From an uncultured virus (IMG/VR IMGVR_UViG_3300042387_001477) (Duplodnaviria > Heunggongvirae > Uroviricota > Caudoviricetes): a stretch of 64,000 bases of DNA. How positions within the stretch are numbered: position 1 is the first letter of the stretch; each line of letters opens with the position of its first letter. The stretch is from the IMG/VR virus record IMGVR_UViG_3300042387_001477; one strand, given 5' to 3'. The notes beneath the pieces are model-generated. The model saw nothing but the letters and a program-made list of their open reading frames with translations. It was not told the origin of the DNA and searched no databases. The position numbers and the translations under genes are program-made. Of the stretch, positions 39,814 through 52,300 are shown piece by piece.

Positions 39814-40335
39814 TTATTCTGATTGTAGTTGCATCTCTTGTAAAATATGATCTGGTGGAGGTCCAAACAAAGAAGTTAACTTTTGAGATGTTGCATCAAT
39901 GTCAGAATCTTCTTCTGGAATGATAGAATCTATAATCTTATCAATGTCTTCAAAATCATCATCCAATACAGTAGGTTCTTCTGGAGTACTTTCCAATTCA
40001 TTCACTGGCACATCTGGTTCCTTAACACTAACTTGATCATCTATAATTTCTACATTATTTGCAGGATCATAGATTGCCTTAGATTGATTAGTGATATGAT
40101 GATGAGCATAGATTCGGTTTCCTTCATTGCAAGGAGTGAAGGAAACAGTATAGTACCCATACTTTGGATCAAAGGCTGGAATCGGACTACCAGTTTCTTC
40201 AGTCTTTTTAATGATTTCTTTCAGTTCGTCTGAAAGTTCATCCGATTCCATTTGTTTATGATATGCTATTCGGTTTTGCTCATCTAAGAATAAATTCAAT
40301 TCATATTCTTGTTGATCTGTTAAAAAATAAGCCAT
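39814..40335 (-). CDS. Hypothetical acidic protein
   Basis: Open frame between structural genes. Confidence 0.7.
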   Translation of the reverse strand: MAYFLTDQQEYELNLFLDEQNRIAYHKQMESDELSDELKEIIKKTEETGSPIPAFDPKYGYYTVSFTPCNEGNRIYAHHHITNQSKAIYDPANNVEIIDDQVSVKEPDVPVNELESTPEEPTVLDDDFEDIDKIIDSIIPEEDSDIDATSQKLTSLFGPPPDHILQEMQLQSE

Positions 40336-40352
40336 AGTTAAATTTTCGGTAA

Positions 40353-43300
40353 TTAAATGTGTAGGGGATCTCCAACCACAGAAATAGATGTTTCGACGTG
40401 AGTTTTTGGATTAAATCTTGTAACTTCCACATTGAATAGTGGTGATACGTAGGTGGATAAATCTCCAAATTTAATATCAATAACTCTGTTTGCTACATCA
40501 AAAGATTCTACAGGTTTCAAGTTGTTGAAAGTATTTATCAGTGTTGACTGGTTGTATACTCTTCTATCAACATTGAATCTTATATTATATCTATTAAATC
40601 CTGGCTTGTTGTTTCCAATCACGTTGTATCCGAGAGTTCCAACATTAGTTGGAGTTACACCAGTTTCAGAGTCACCAGAGAATACTAGTGATTGTCCAGC
40701 CACAGCACCAGCACCAGCAGTTGTTGAGTGCATTACTCGTGGAGAAATGTATGACCAAGCTGTATCATTTGTAATTGTAGTTCCTGTATAAGCTTGAGAA
40801 ATAATCACTTCATTGTCATTCGCACCTTTTGATCTTACAACGCCAACAAAACTAGATGGAGATGGTGATTGATCTGCATAAACTACGTCACCTGGAAGTA
40901 GTGTGAGTGCTACGTTTGTTCCCGTAATAGTTGATGATCCAGATGTTATAGAGATAGACAGTGATTGATTCTGGCGTGCAAAAGTAGTGCTTAGTGATGG
41001 TTTGTAGTTAATAACATTATTGATAGCCAATTGTTCTGCAAGTCTTGAAGAACTACCACCTGCAACACTACCAGTATCAGATACTGTACCATTTTGTAGA
41101 GAATATCTCAATCTAGTATTGGTTGAGATAAACTGATACTGCTTAGTATCGTAAGATTCCCCACCATATGAAGCATAATCACCAGTATTATGAGAAGCAT
41201 AGATAGAACCTGTCGATAATGTAGTATGATTCAATGCTGAGAATGTGAATGATCCAACACCATCATAGTTAGTTAATGTGGTTGGAGCATAATTACTTTC
41301 AATAGTTGAACCAACATTACATTGTAGCATGTATGGTGAATATGAAGCATTTTCCCACTTGGCATGAACTGGAACTGCAGTTAGCCAGATAGAACTATTA
41401 TATTGTCTACCTCTTTGTAGTGATGATGCACCATTTAATTGAATACCAATGGTTCTTTGACCTGATGCAGATAATCCGAAGTTTCCAACCCAACCTTGTC
41501 TTCCAGACATTGCCTGTCCAGTAGAGTTTTCATTTGCGTTAATATAATTTTGATATCTTTCATACCAGATTTTATATTCTCCGAAGGTTAATTTAACTCC
41601 AGTATCAGAGTAAACAAACTTTCTTGCAATAGGACCATCAAATGTAAAGTTTCCTAATCTATGGCTTACAAACACATCTTGGATTGTATACCAATTTGGC
41701 TTGTGGCTATCTCTATATCCATTATGTAGAATGTGGGCATTATTTGCAATGATGGTACATCTTGAATATCCAAAATATTCATTGCTACTTGTGGTTGATG
41801 GAGGATCCACTGTAAAGATCTGAGAAGAATATGTATATGTTCTTCCAGTAGAAGTGTATCTCCATGAAGCATTAGTTGTAACAGCAGCCTTGGAATTTTC
41901 CACCAAGTAAATCTTGGTAGCATCTACACTAGAAACAGTTCCCAACTCAACTCCACTAGAACTATAAATGATATATCCAGGTAGAATGATCTGCTGTGCA
42001 AATTTTGCATCAGATGTAGAACTTAAAGTAATTTCTTTACTTGCAGTGCTTGTTGTAATTGTACAAGTTAGATCAGTAGTAGCTTGAATTCTGTAGATAT
42101 CTTCCCAAGTGTATGACAGTAAATCTCCAGCTCTAACTCTACCACTTCTATTTGGAAGATAAATTTCAGTGCAGAATACTGAATCACTAGCATTTGCATT
42201 AGCAAGTTTAATATTATTTGCACGGAATGCACTACCACCAGTCTTAGGATAAGTCCATCCACCATGATTAATGTACATCATACCGTAAGTTTTAACTGGA
42301 CTTGATGTGGTTGAACCATCCGCTAGTAATGCTCCGGATGAATCTCGGTTCCAATTTGCAGTTGGGAATGGATCTGCAAGGTAAACATTAATCTTGCCAT
42401 TTGTGCCATCCTTTTCCAGATCAAGAATTCTTGACTTGAATAGGAATGAATTATTTTGTCCCTTTCCAGGATGTCCATAGTCATTATTATAACCATAGTC
42501 TGGTGTAGGTGCAATATTAAATTTCGTTCCCTCTGGAATAGCTTTAGTCAATGGTTTATCTAGAGTTAAAATTATACTATTATCATAATAACCACTATAG
42601 TAGAATACAATATTAGAACCTGCAGCGATTGAAAGTGTGCTTGCGCTACCATCGCCAGGAGGATTATCTCCAGGATTTCTTCCTCCATCAGGATCAACTA
42701 GATTATTGTTTAGATATACAGTTGTTGTATTATCAGAATTTACAACTTTATAATCGACATTATTTATCCAACAGCAATTGTTTGGAGCATAATATAACCA
42801 ATCTGTTGAATTTTTTTGTCCATATACTGTCACATTTCCAGTTAGTGCTGGTGGATTTTCTACAAGTAGAACTCTGTAGGTTCCAATTCCTCCATTTCCA
42901 GATAGATTAATAGAATCTTCATATGTTCCATCATCTAATGAGCGGACATCTCCATCCATACCAACCACATAACCAATCAAGTTAGTATAATTTGAATTTA
43001 AGTATAAAGGTTGACCTTTTGTGATTGCTCCAAATGATGGCTGGGCAGAAACAGTCATTAATCTTTCATATGGATCATTTGGGGTATCAATTGCATCAAA
43101 TGTAGCTACAAATGTTGCAGCACTAGAAATTCTTTGCATACTTCTTACGAATGCAGAAGAAATTGTGAGAGCTTTTTGGCCAGCATTTGCATTTAATCCA
43201 CTTATAGCACCGAGATATCCCCATCTCCTAAATCCACCTGGGTGAAGTTGCTCAACAGAAGAATCTCTTGCGGAACTTAAGTTTGCAGAAACAAGAGGAT

Positions 43301-46300
43301 TGATATACTGATAAATTGAGGTATCTTGAGTATTAGTTGCATGAATATTATAAGTATGCTTATAAAATACAGCTTTAAATCCTGAAGTTCTATATGCAAT
43401 ACTTCCACTAATACGTCTATCACCTTCTCTATTACTTGAGATGTTAGATGCGGCTGTATTTTGAGGATCGCCAACAACAATTTCGACTGCATTCCAGTTA
43501 GTTGCAGCTTGTCCACTTACAGCAGGCTTTGAAATATCTCTATATGGAATAGTAACAGTCTGACCAATTGAAAGTTTTTCAAAGTCAGCGAGTAATCCTT
43601 GTGCATCAGTAGTAGAACTAATTGATATTTTAGCAAGTTTATTAGCTACAATTCCAGTAGGAGTTACATATGTAGATGATCCACCATAAGTAATACCTTC
43701 AATGTTATTTCCAGATCCTGTAGCATTGAATCTCTTAATTCCATAACAAGTTACATCTACTGGATCTGCTAATGTAAGTGTAGTAGGAATAACACTATCA
43801 ACGGTAACAGTAGCATCAGAAGAATTGTTTGGATCTAGACCTTCCCAGTCACGAATGTAATGTGGCCAGTACTTGGTCATGCTTCTTGTTAGACGAAGCT
43901 CATATCCCTTAGGATCTGATGAATTTCCGGCCTTTGTGAAGTCACATGTTTCACGATTACCAATTACAATTCTTCCTGTTGCAGGCCAATAATCTAGGAT
44001 ATTGTCATAATCAAAGACATCAAATCTTGTATTGCTTGGATATGTTGGAGAATACTCAGAATCTTCTAACATCACTACAATATCTGCTCTAATATCAGAG
44101 GTGTTAGTTTCATTGATATATTTGTATACACCTATGTATGGACTGTTAGTTGTAGGATTATTAACAGCGATCTTGTAATAAATGTTATTATATAAAATAT
44201 ATCCACCAGGCTTAAATATAGACTTAGATTTTAGTATCTGAGATTTTAGATTTGAAGCAATAGTTGGATTTTCTACACTATTTACAATAAAGCAATTGTT
44301 AGGAAGAATGACTTTAAATTCACCATTTTCAAATAGTTCAAGTAATTCTTCATTGTAATTATCTCTAACTGTCATTGTAAATGTATTAGAGATTTTTGTA
44401 GCTCCACTATAAATTTCAAATACATCATTCTTGAGATGTCCACTACCAATAGAAATGATATCTAGGCTGGTTAATTTTCCACTGCTATTTGTAGACAATA
44501 CAACTTTACCAGATGTTGCAGAAGGTCTTGTGACATTTCTCAATTCATAAATTGTGGATCTGCTAGCATTTGCTACTGTAAATGTAGAATCAATATTAGA
44601 GATTGCTAAGTTAGCTGGCTCAGAGTATCTAATAACGTTATCATCTTGGGAAAGAATTAATCTTGAGTTAGTTCCTACAATAGTCTTTTGATAACGTGAA
44701 GTTGCAGTTGCAACATAGTTATATCTAATTGAACTTAGATAGTTAACATTAATATCAATCTTTGTTGAATTAACTTTAGATAGTGCAGAGAAAGATCCGG
44801 AATATGTAATTTTTACAAACTTATAATCTCCTGATTGTCCAGCTCCAGCTCTAGTTACAGCTCCAGTACTAGAATTGATAAAGAATGTATCCCCAGTGGT
44901 AATAACTTTAGTTGCTGTTGCGTAAGTAGTTTCAATGTTATCAAATTTAACAAATTTACTTGCATTCCTACCAACGAAGATATTTCTAATAATATCTTCA
45001 CCTGCTTCATTGTTTGCATAGAAGAATGATAATGTCTTAGGTTCTAATTGTGCATATGAAACTACAGATGTAGGCATTGACAATTGAGAACTAGAAGTGA
45101 TGGTTGTAGTGCCATCATTCCATCTTAATAATACAGCAGAACTATTTCCAGATGCAGTAGGAATATGATTTCCAGTTGGAGTTCCGTTTGGAGCATCATA
45201 ATAAATTTTATTAGGAGTTTGATATCTTTCATTCAATGCAACTTTTGTCAGTAATCCTCCTTTAGGAATTTCACTTTCTCCAGTCCAAGGAACTACACCC
45301 TGAGAAGACTTATTAAATCTTCTAATAGCTTGTAGTGTATTAATTGGGAATGTTCTAGCATCACCATCGGATAATCTACCATATGGATCCTTAGATGGCT
45401 CTAGGTAAATATTTGATTGTGGATTATATTCTGATAGAGTTCTAAATTCTTCATCTTGTGGAGAAGTAGCAATTGCATATGCAGGTAAATCTCCACCCAT
45501 TTGAGTAAATTCATTCTGATCTTCCATCTGGAACATCTCAATAGAGTGCCCAGCAATGAAGCTACCTCCAACTCTAGATGAATTGCCACTAAACAATCCA
45601 GTCCAATCAAGAGATAGATTTCCTCTAAATCTAGTTCCATTTAGGGTTAGTTTAGAACCTCTACACTTGATCAGTCCTCCACGATATCCTCCACCAAATG
45701 TATTTGCAGCTTCAGAAGCAGGAGATTGAGCACCAATTGTAACCCCAGTTAGGTTTAATGTGAACCCAGATCCTGGAATTGCATTTACGGTAATTAGGCT
45801 GCTCTGATAGTTACCATTGACAGGGAATCCTGCAGATGGGAATCTTCTTCTGAGTGCTCTATATGCATATGGCCAAGATAGAAATATCTTTTTACCTCTA
45901 GCAGTTAGTGCATCATCATCTACATTTGCTCCAGGACCAGTTGTTCTCTTTCTAACATAATCTAGATATGGAGATGATCCACCACCTGTAGTATCTGGAG
46001 TAGTAGCAATTGCAGATAGAAGATTTTGCTTTGCAACAACTTTAAAGTCGTCAGCAGATAGTTGGTTATCTGATAATGATACAGTTCTTCCTGTAGGAGA
46101 AAGAATAAATCCTCTACCATCATTAATCTGAATTCTAAATGAACCATTAATGGTAGTTTGTTGAGTACTGTTAAGTCTATACGCCATAACTGAAGTAATA
46201 GCTCCAGTGCTAACATTAATAGTTGCATACAACGCAACATTAGATGAAGTTCCTCCATTAGATACTAAAGATGCAAATAGCCTATCATTGTAACTTCTAG

Positions 46301-49300
46301 TATTTGTGAGGCTTCCTGCAGAATTCAATGCAGTATTAATTGCACTTTGAATATCATTACTTCCAATTGTAAACTCAGCATTAGCAGCAATAGTAATATT
46401 ATTAAAGTTTATAGTTGGCTGTACAAATCCTTTACCAATACCACCACCAAATTGCAGAGTGGTGTTATCATAGTTTGCAAACTGAGTTAGAATAGTCTTA
46501 GAAATTCCAGCATTCTCAATAAATGAATCAATAGATGTAGCTGCGTTTGGATTTGATGCATTTCCTGCAGGGATAGCGCCAAATTCTCTAGGAGCAATAT
46601 CAAGAACAAGATATCTAGTTTCAGTGAAACCATTTCGTCTCAATGGAAGAGCTTTCTTTCTGTTTGTAGCAATAGCAACATCTTCAGCTGCACCATAATT
46701 AGTTGTAGTTGAAGTTGGTGTTGTTTTTAATTGAATTAATTGAGTTGGATATTCTGAGAATGAACCAGCACCATATGGATAAGGTTGAATGGAATTATCA
46801 ACTTCATAGTTTGGATTTCTATCAATTATAAGTGAAATGTATCCTTCTTCAGAACCACGTATGATACCATAAATTTCAGGAATATCATACTTAGTAATCT
46901 CATCACCAAAAATATTAAACTGTGTAAATGATACAAATGATTGAGCAGGGATGCTTGTGGTAATGTTATCAGTTAATGTAATTACATTTCCTACAATAGT
47001 CTCTACTCTTGTTCCAACTGGAATTAAATTGTTGCCAGCAGAATCTAAAGCTACAATTTTGTCCCCTGTTAAAATTGATTCAACATTGTCTAATGTAATT
47101 GTTTTAGTTCCACTAGCTCCACCAGAAACTACTGTTTTAATAATTGCTGACTGATAACCACCTTCATGCATGAATCCTTTTGGAAGGAACTGCCTTCTAG
47201 TTTCAAGTGCCCAGTTGTATGCAAGTGTGGTAAATTCTGCTCCATCTTCATTGAGGAAGACTAGTTTTCTCTTTCCAGATGTATATCCTTCTAGATCTAA
47301 ATCTTCTACGGGATTAGTATAACTTGCATTATTGCCATTATTGCCACCTGCAGTGCGATATACTGAAATTAATACCTGAATTTCTTCTGTATTGAGACCA
47401 GCGTTCTTTCTTCTGACACTTAGAACTTTAGTAGACTTGGATAGATTTTCAACAGTAGCTTCATCTGATAGTTTAATTACTTTACCATTCTCTGCCAACC
47501 AATACATGGTTGTACCTGGAATGATATATTTTCTCATGCGGTCAAATTGTTCCGCAGTAAAGTCACTTTGCTTCAGTACTACTACTAAATAACGACTATT
47601 TGAAATAGTAGCAGAGTTTAATTCATAATAATTTGCATTATCTGCAATATCATTTACAATATCTATACTATTGACACTTGGTACTAGTAAAGCGTTTACT
47701 CCAGTTCCAGTAGAAACATTTGCAATCACTTCAATTGCACCGTCAACTCCAGTGCTGTTGATGGTATTCAATGATGGAGTTGATTTAATTTTTCCTTTAA
47801 TATAATATGCTCTTCTTACTACTCTTCTGGCATTTTGAAGAACCGGATTGGAGGTATAAATGGAGTCAGGAATTTCACTCTTGGTAATCGCTTCATTTAA
47901 TCCAAGGAAATGTACATTATTAACATTAAATGAGCCATTTGCACCAAGTCCTCCACTCACATTTACATACATTGCATCATTTCCAAATCCCCATTGTGTG
48001 TAAAACTCGGGAGAGCGATAAAGATAAATGCTATCTCCTCTTCGGACAGTATCTTCTAGGTATCCACCCATTCTACCTGCAGATGTACGAGTACGCTCTT
48101 TACCAGCAAATACACTGCTATTTGCAACTCCAGTACCATTAATTTTAACAGAGCATGGGAACTGAGTTCCATCTAGTTTGTAATAACCAGGCTTCATAAG
48201 AAGTTCTAGTTCATCAGCAGAAGTAAATCCAGAGTTTTCTGCCCACTGCTTTGCCTGGGAGAATGAGAATAGAGGGCTAAATTTCTTAACTGCTCTTCTT
48301 TCTTGAATATTAACACCAAGAGCTTTAGAGCTATATGGATTAGGTAAATTCTTATCAAACCAATCTTGATCAAGAGTTACTGCAACTGGAAGAGATTTTT
48401 GTGGGCTAGTGTACAGAATTGCATCTTCAATATTAACTTCCTCTACTACACCCTTTGTTGGATCTAGAGGTGGAATGAATGGAGATTCGGCTGCCCATCT
48501 ATCAGAAGAATAGACCTGAGTACTACATCCAAAGAAGAATACATTTTTAGATGCAATTCCTGGATAATTATTTTCGTAGTCAGTTGTAAATTGGGCGCTA
48601 GTTCCAGCAGTATTAGTTCCTTCTCCAACGTTTTTAGTTAGTTTAAATGTTGCAACATTAGTTCCACTATTGTGTCCAGTTTTGTAATATGCAAATGTAG
48701 CAATTTTATATGTTCCTCCTTTAGGAGCTTCTCTTAATGAAATGCAACCTCTATTTGGCCATTGTTGATATTCATCTGCAGTCATAGTAACCTGCAGATC
48801 TTTATATGTTGAAGTATTTAATACGTTAATATCATTATTGTTGGTGAAGTTACTTGCAAGTTTTGCGGTTAGATATTTAATATCTCCCTCAGATGCATCT
48901 GTTCCAAAATTTCCACCAGTAGCAATGATAGATGGATAGTTTTTAATTATGGAAGTATAAGTTCCATTGCCACAATAACTTCTTAGATATGTAGGTAATG
49001 CAATTCCATTTTGATAATTTGAAATTACAGCTGTATTATCAGTATAATCAATTTCTTGATATTGAAGTGGGATATTAATAACAGGATTGAAGTAAATTTT
49101 ATTTCCCGATCCATCAACATAAAAATCGGTAACAGTTAGACCGATTAAATTCATTTCGATATCAATTTTACCATAAGAAGGAATACCAGAACTTTCAGTG
49201 AATGCTAGTTTAATTACTGAACTAGTTGACCAAGTAACATCATTTACTACAGTATTTGTAAATGTAATTGCATCAGCTACTTTCTTTCCATTTACTGATT

Positions 49301-52300
49301 TATATGAATCGACAGAGTTTTGTAGATATGGTTGAACATAAACTCTGTTGTTATCAAGTGTAACTGCTTGAGCAGAAATGAGTTGCCTCTTTACTCTCCA
49401 TGCATCAAGGTACTTAGGAGAAACATATAGTTTATCGTTAGTATCAGTTGAAATAAAACCAGTTTTTTCAGGTTTAGCAGCTTTTACGAAACCATATGCA
49501 TTAGTATTACCTTCTGGGAAGAATGCAGAATTATTAATTTCAGCTCTGTCAATGAATAGTCTTTCTCCAATGATCAAGTTATTGATATTTGCTTTGTCGC
49601 TAACGGTTAGCTTTGCAATGTTGAAGAAGTTGGATAGTTCTTTCAATGCACTCTGATTTGCATTTGCCCCAGAGCCATCAGCAGTATCGGTAACATTGAC
49701 AACTGCATTTGAGATACGGTTTTCAATATTGTCAATATCTAGATAATTAGATTCTGATGATTTGCGAAGCTTTGGTACGTTTAGTGTTACTGTAGAAGTA
49801 CCACCAGCTTGAATGATTTGGTTTCCAATATAGAAATCACCAGCAGAGTTTGTACCAGATGATGCAATAAATCCACCAGAATTTTCATAGCCCTGAGCAA
49901 TAAACTGCTCATAGATTTTAAGAACTCTTGTTTGTAGATTTGGGAAGCCAGTTGAATAGTTACCAGAACCAAGACCAATATATTCCCAAGTGTGTGAAGA
50001 TGCACGGAGAATAGAAGGTCTATAAAGTGGTAATAATGGAGCATAAGTCAGTCCAGTTTGATTGGCATCACTACTAGCTTGTATAGTATTGGAATTTACA
50101 ACATAGCCAGGAGAAGTAACGATAATTCTTCTATCCGCAGCATCCAAGTTAACACCAAAATTATTATACTCTGTAATTTTTGATGCTTCGGTAACTATTG
50201 ATCCTGCAGGACCTCTACCAAATCTAATTGAACTAGAATATACATTAAAAGAAGTTGAACTTGAAGTATACCCCAATGCAGACTGAGAAGTTCTAGAATC
50301 CCATGGTGCAACTGGGGCAATGAATACTCTACCAGAGTTATCTGGGCCACCACCTGTAGTGGCCATAGTATTAGAAGATGTGATATATCTTAGATCTAGT
50401 GCTTGAACTAATCTATGAACAGATTCTGCAGTAACTGAATATAAAGATGGAATATCTTTAAATGGAGTAGTAGAATCAGTTGTTCTAAAACTCTTAAAGT
50501 TTGGAACAGAGATATCTTTAATTCTATTTCCCTGGCCAATATTTTCAAGTAATACACGAGAATCTGCTTGTGGGAAATTCCAAACTCTTCTAGTATCATA
50601 ATCTGGACCTTCTTCATTTACAGAAGGATATAGATAATTTATATTTGTGAATAGTTTAGTATCTTTATCAAAGTTATTAACTTCTTCAATAAATGTAGAA
50701 CTAAATGATGTTGTAGTAGTTCCAGTTCCAGGAGCATCAATTCCAGTAGGTCTCCTTTCGATGGTAGACGGTGAATTTGCGGAAGAATCAGCAAACTTAT
50801 TTACGTCACATCTAATAACAGTTAGATAATATACACCATCTCTAACATCTTTTTCCCAAGAAGTAACTTCTTGAACATCCCATACCATAAATCTATAGTC
50901 TGAGTATGGAATTCCATCTTCACCATTACCTGCTCTAGTTCCTTTGATAATAAATCTTTTCTCTGGTGCCTTTGGAATTGCATTACTACTTAAGTATTTT
51001 GGAATAGTATATTCAAGCTTCCATAATAGTTCTGAAGGTGCAGATGTTCTAGTATCTAAGTATTTTTTAATTGTTAAAGTTGATGGGAATCCAGTCTTAT
51101 ATCTTAAAAGTTTTCTAGTTACTTCTTCAAGTGCAGTTGTAGCTGAACCATCACCAGGATTAAATTTAGTTACAAAATCAAATGATTTTTCTTCATTGAA
51201 TGAAAAGATAAAATCAGTTAGGAATTTTCTAGTATCTGCATCAGTATAATCTAGTTTTAAATATACTCCATTATTATCCCAGAAATATCCAACTCTTTCT
51301 GCATTCTTTGTTGTTGGAACATTATTAACTTTTGGATTATCTTCATCTGGAATATCAGTTGGATCGAATATCTTTACCTTTGCTCTAAATTTACTAGGTT
51401 CACCACCAGTAGAACTTTCTAATTCTAAGTTAATATACCTAGATGATTCTGGAGAAATTCCAGTAACTTGATAATAATCACGGAAAAGTGAGTATTGATT
51501 TGAAGTTCCATAACTTAGGAATCGTTTTGTTACTTTATTGCCGGTAACTTTATCTGTACTAGTAACAATTAATTCTGGAATACTATCTTCATTAGTTGCA
51601 CCAGTTTCAAGATATAGACTAAAATATTTTGAGTTAGTGAAACCTGCAAGAGCACTTAATACTGCTGGAGTTAATTCTTCACTTGTTGCGAATGTACTTG
51701 GACCCCAAGTTGGACCAGCATTAATATTATAGAAACTTACATCATTGAGAGTTGGTGAGATTCCTTTAGGTGGAACTACTGCAGTGATTCTACCTTGTGA
51801 TGCTGGAGCAAAGGAATTAAACTGGGAACCTTTTGCACGAAGTGAAATCTGACCAAAGTTAGAGTTGGAGTTGGTGATAGACATATCACCACCAGTTTCT
51901 GCAAGGAATTGATCAGCATATCCAACTGCGAACACAGAAACTACCTGAATGAATCCACCATTGGATGCTTTGATGTGGAAGTGTCTGCATTCTGGCTTAT
52001 ATTCTGCGTCTGGATCTGCAAATACTGGAGGTTTTGCAGTAGTAGATTCATCATCATCATTATATAATGTGGTTGTGTTTGGAGATGGAGTTACGTTAGT
52101 ATCTCCTTGTAAATCTTTAGGTTGAATGAATACACTTCTATCTTTTTGTAGAGAAATACCAGTGAACTGTGCAACAACCATGGACTTGAAGCTGTTTTCT
52201 GCAACCTTACTGCCATCAGTATGCATACCGCACATACCAAAGACAGAACGTAGTGAACAGTTAAAAATGTATGGTGAGCAAGAATTAACAGTATCAATAG

